From: Candidatus Poribacteria bacterium
GTDB taxonomy: Bacteria; Poribacteria; WGA-4E; PCPOR2b
DNA: 64,000 bases
Direction: 5' to 3'
NCBI GenBank assembly: GCA_965247655.1
Contig: OZ252032.1
Coordinates: 4,397,414 to 4,461,413 of the forward strand
In this document: positions 61,343-64,000 of the stretch, piece after piece
How positions within the stretch are numbered: the stretch's first letter is position 1
Layout: every line of letters begins with the position of its first letter
Program-made: the position numbers and the translations under genes
Notes under the pieces: generated by a model
Seen by the model: only the letters and a program-made list of their open reading frames with translations
Told to the model about the DNA's origin: nothing
The model's database searches: none

Positions 61343-61771
61343 TCACCCATCGGGGTTCGCATTTTCTGTCTCACTAAAGACTTCCATCCCAGCGGACCCA
61401 TCGGCAACTTTCCGAATTTGGGTCTCGAAGCCGGGGGGCGAAAGTGCCCACGTAATCCAGAGTGGGGTATCGCCAGTGTTGACAAAGCGGTGTTCGACCT
61501 TCGGCGGCAGGTAAATCACTGTTCCCGGTTTCAGGTCTGCCACCTCATCAGCGACATATCCTACGCCCTGCCCACCAAATACAAAGATAATTTCTTCCGC
61601 GTCGGCGTGCGAATGCCACGGGATTTCGCTGTGGGGATCAATCTCCTCCAGCCCCATCGAAAAATGCTTTGTATCCGTTGTCTTGGGTTCAATACAGGTG
61701 TACAATGTGCGCGGTGCTTCGCCTTCAATCCGAACTACTTCCGCATCTTCTTTATGGAAAAAGTATCCCAT
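61343..61771 (-). CDS. Cupin-domain protein
   Basis: HSHADAEEIIFVFGGQG, PPKVEHRFVNTG. Confidence 0.88.
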   Translation of the reverse strand: MGYFFHKEDAEVVRIEGEAPRTLYTCIEPKTTDTKHFSMGLEEIDPHSEIPWHSHADAEEIIFVFGGQGVGYVADEVADLKPGTVIYLPPKVEHRFVNTGDTPLWITWALSPPGFETQIRKVADGSAGMEVFSETENANPDG

Positions 61772-61827
61772 TGTATCTTCCTTTCTATGTGTACAGCGTT
61801 GATGTTTCACGTTTTACGTTTCACGCA

Positions 61828-63132
61828 TCATGTCTTTTGTGGTTTCTTCTTCGCAGCAGGAAACAAGATGTTATTCAGGATAAGCCGATACCCCGGCGAA
61901 TGTTTATGAAGGCCTAAGTTGGTCGGGACTCTTCCTTCCCCAACGAGGTGGCGATAATCCTCCGGATCATGACCGCCGAAAAATGTGAACGTTCCCTTTC
62001 CCAATTTGCCGTGAATGTACTTGGCGTAGCGGGTCCCTTCAATGTCCCCCATGATTGTGATAGTTTCACGGATGGTGCTCTTGTTGAACGATGTGGTTTG
62101 TCCGAGGAATCCACGCACCCGATTCACATGATTTTGGGTGAGCATAGTGGGGATAGGGTCATGCTTTGCGGCGAATTCAAATAGGATGAAATCCTCTAGA
62201 CCTGCGAGCGGATTGAGTTCTGGTCGTGGGTTATCAATATTTGAAAATTCATATCGATTCGGGTTGGGGTAGAGGACAAACCTCTCAAAAGCAAAGGTTT
62301 TATTGAAATCGAGCTTGGACTGATAGCCTGGATCTAGCGGGGTCCCGTCGAGTTCGGGGGCAACGATGTCCACACCTCCTCCGTTTGTAGAGAGCGCGAT
62401 ATCCAACGTTTCCGGTGCGGAACACATGGCGAAAAGGAATCCACCTTTGACGATGTAATCTTGGATCAACTGAGTAATGTATGCTTTATGTTTCGGCACA
62501 CTATTAAATCCTGCATCCGCCGCAGCCTGCTCAAATAGATGTTTGCGCTGTTGATACCAGACCTGTCCCTTATACGCACTGTGGAATTTTCCGTGTTGCC
62601 CTGTAAAATCTTCATGATGCAGATGCAGCCAATCATACTGCTCTGTAAACAGAATCCCAGCTTCAACCTCTTTATCCCAGATTGTATCGTAAGGGATCTC
62701 TGCGTACTCAAGGGCGATTTTCACGGCATCATCCCACGGGTCTCGGTAGGGTGAATCCTTCGATGGGGCGTATACGGCGATCTTGGGAGCCTTTTCCAGC
62801 AAGATCTCATCCATATTGCTGTTATCCATCTCGGCTTGGATCGCACCATACTCGGCAGTTGAGATTGGTTGGAAATTGACCCCCATCGTTCGCGCTTTAA
62901 GTTGTACATCCGGGGAGTCACTCAGAAGAAAAGAGCCGCCGCGATAGTTTAATAACCACTTTGCGTCATATTCACGGGGAACTTCCAACGTCCAGTAGGT
63001 CAGTCCGTAAGCCTTCAGATGGTTGACTTGTGTATTATCCATCGGCACAAGCAACCACTGTGGGTAGACGCTGCTCGTTATTGCAAAAAAAAGAAGTAAG
63101 GACAGTGAGGCGATTTTGTTTGTTGGGGTCAT
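61828..63132 (-). CDS. Conserved exported protein (family often labelled 'asparagine synthetase B')
   Basis: Signal peptide; HLKAYG, LLNYRGGSF, PWDDAV, HLHHEDFTGQ, FAMCSA, SPGYRLILNN. Confidence 0.7.
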   Translation of the reverse strand: MTPTNKIASLSLLLFFAITSSVYPQWLLVPMDNTQVNHLKAYGLTYWTLEVPREYDAKWLLNYRGGSFLLSDSPDVQLKARTMGVNFQPISTAEYGAIQAEMDNSNMDEILLEKAPKIAVYAPSKDSPYRDPWDDAVKIALEYAEIPYDTIWDKEVEAGILFTEQYDWLHLHHEDFTGQHGKFHSAYKGQVWYQQRKHLFEQAAADAGFNSVPKHKAYITQLIQDYIVKGGFLFAMCSAPETLDIALSTNGGGVDIVAPELDGTPLDPGYQSKLDFNKTFAFERFVLYPNPNRYEFSNIDNPRPELNPLAGLEDFILFEFAAKHDPIPTMLTQNHVNRVRGFLGQTTSFNKSTIRETITIMGDIEGTRYAKYIHGKLGKGTFTFFGGHDPEDYRHLVGEGRVPTNLGLHKHSPGYRLILNNILFPAAKKKPQKT

Positions 63133-63278
63133 CGATTTTTGTCTTATTCGAGAGATCTGTGTGTATAACCGTATTCGGGGGAGTTGTCTTTGTTAAAAGA
63201 TATGAGAGTGTAGCATAGGTTGCTTTAGATCTCAAGGAAAAATTTGTTGGACAGTACTATATCAAAGGTAAGTTACTA

Positions 63279-63552
63279 GGGCGTGTTGACATTTCCCATC
63301 AGATGCGCCTTAAGACGATTTGGGAAATTGTTATCAAAATCCACAAAATGTAGGGGATGGCAGCTCATATCGGGGCTAGGAAGCCCCTCCTACAAGGACC
63401 GCTAGCGGCGGAGCAAGCAATCAATGGCACAACTACAAACCAGGACCCGATGAATCGGGCAACTGCATTGTAGGGGCGGGGGGACCCTACCCCTACGATT
63501 AGGTACTTATCACCGAATCATGGACACGGTTCACATAAATGTCAACACGCCC
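63279..63552. mobile_element. 274-bp MITE with IS5 ends
   Basis: gggcgtgttgacattt..aaatgtcaacacgccc, identical to one end of the IS5 at 57913-57928; CTAG context; no transposase. Confidence 0.85.
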
Positions 63553-63584
63553 TAGCGAAACAATCGAGTCAAGAACTGAATTGA

Positions 63585-63760
63585 TACACATGTCGCCCCG
63601 CTGGGGCTTTAAGACATTTGGGGATCGCGTATGCTATAAACATGTCGCCCCGCTGGGGCTAAAAACTTGAGACTGACATCCGCTATACACATTGCGTTCC
63701 GCTGGGGCTATGGGTCGGGCAAGATGCTCGACCTATGGGGATGTACGGAGGTTACGGCAT
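63585..63760. repeat. REP-like cluster
   Basis: catgtcgccccgctggggct x2 plus a degenerate third copy; ggtcg..cgacc. Confidence 0.8.
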
Positions 63761-63864
63761 AGGGACAAGGAAGGAGGGACTAGCGAGAAAATTGATTGAT
63801 GGGGAAACGAGCCGGTGAAGCTTATTTCCCCTAAGTGTGGGTAGATTTTCTGAGAGGATTTGCG

Positions 63865-63999
63865 CTATTGAACTTGGCTGGCGGCATAGTGGAGGATATT
63901 CTCGATCAATTTCTTGTTTCTCTCAACGGTGTACCGATTATCATTGCGGAGGCTCGTGATGATGTATAAACCTTTGCCGTGTTTTCGCACACCCACAAC
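63865..63999 (-). CDS. 3' end of a gene entering from beyond the window
   Basis: Open frame ..VRKHGKGLYIITSLRND..LIENILHYAASQVQ*. Confidence 0.5.
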   Translation of the reverse strand, partial: VVGVRKHGKGLYIITSLRNDNRYTVERNKKLIENILHYAASQVQ

Positions 64000-64000
64000 T

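Noticed and set aside
61828-63132. Asparagine synthetase B
   Set aside because: Has a signal peptide; lacks the N-terminal Cys and SGGLDS motif of AsnB

Overview
Bacterial chromosomal window, mostly minus-strand genes. The abundance of REP-like repeats and of Gfo/Idh/MocA, PhyH and CehA/McbA-type enzymes suggests a Poribacteria-like genome (inference only). The backbone carries folK, pcm, nagZ, ftsX, a MoxR ATPase, dnaE, two XPB-like helicases and several catabolic enzymes. Four IS elements have readable ends: IS982-like (splits a PhyH gene), TnpB-only IS200/IS605, IS701/IS4-like and IS5. There is also an IS5-end MITE. Most notable: (1) a three-gene island at ~33.2-37.0 kb joining a DpnA-like adenine methyltransferase, a MutH/Sau3AI-like nuclease and a TGT-barrel + ArcS/DUF5591-like fusion, a candidate new deazaguanine-linked restriction-modification system; (2) a single-chain DarT-macrodomain fusion; (3) a four-copy tandem lipoprotein array followed by a run of cassette-like genes with attC-like remnants; (4) a Rad52/Sak-like gene preceded by a structured ~170-nt RNA candidate; (5) an orphan toxin-tip/immunity-like pair. 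All family calls are from motif recognition by eye; no database searches were run.
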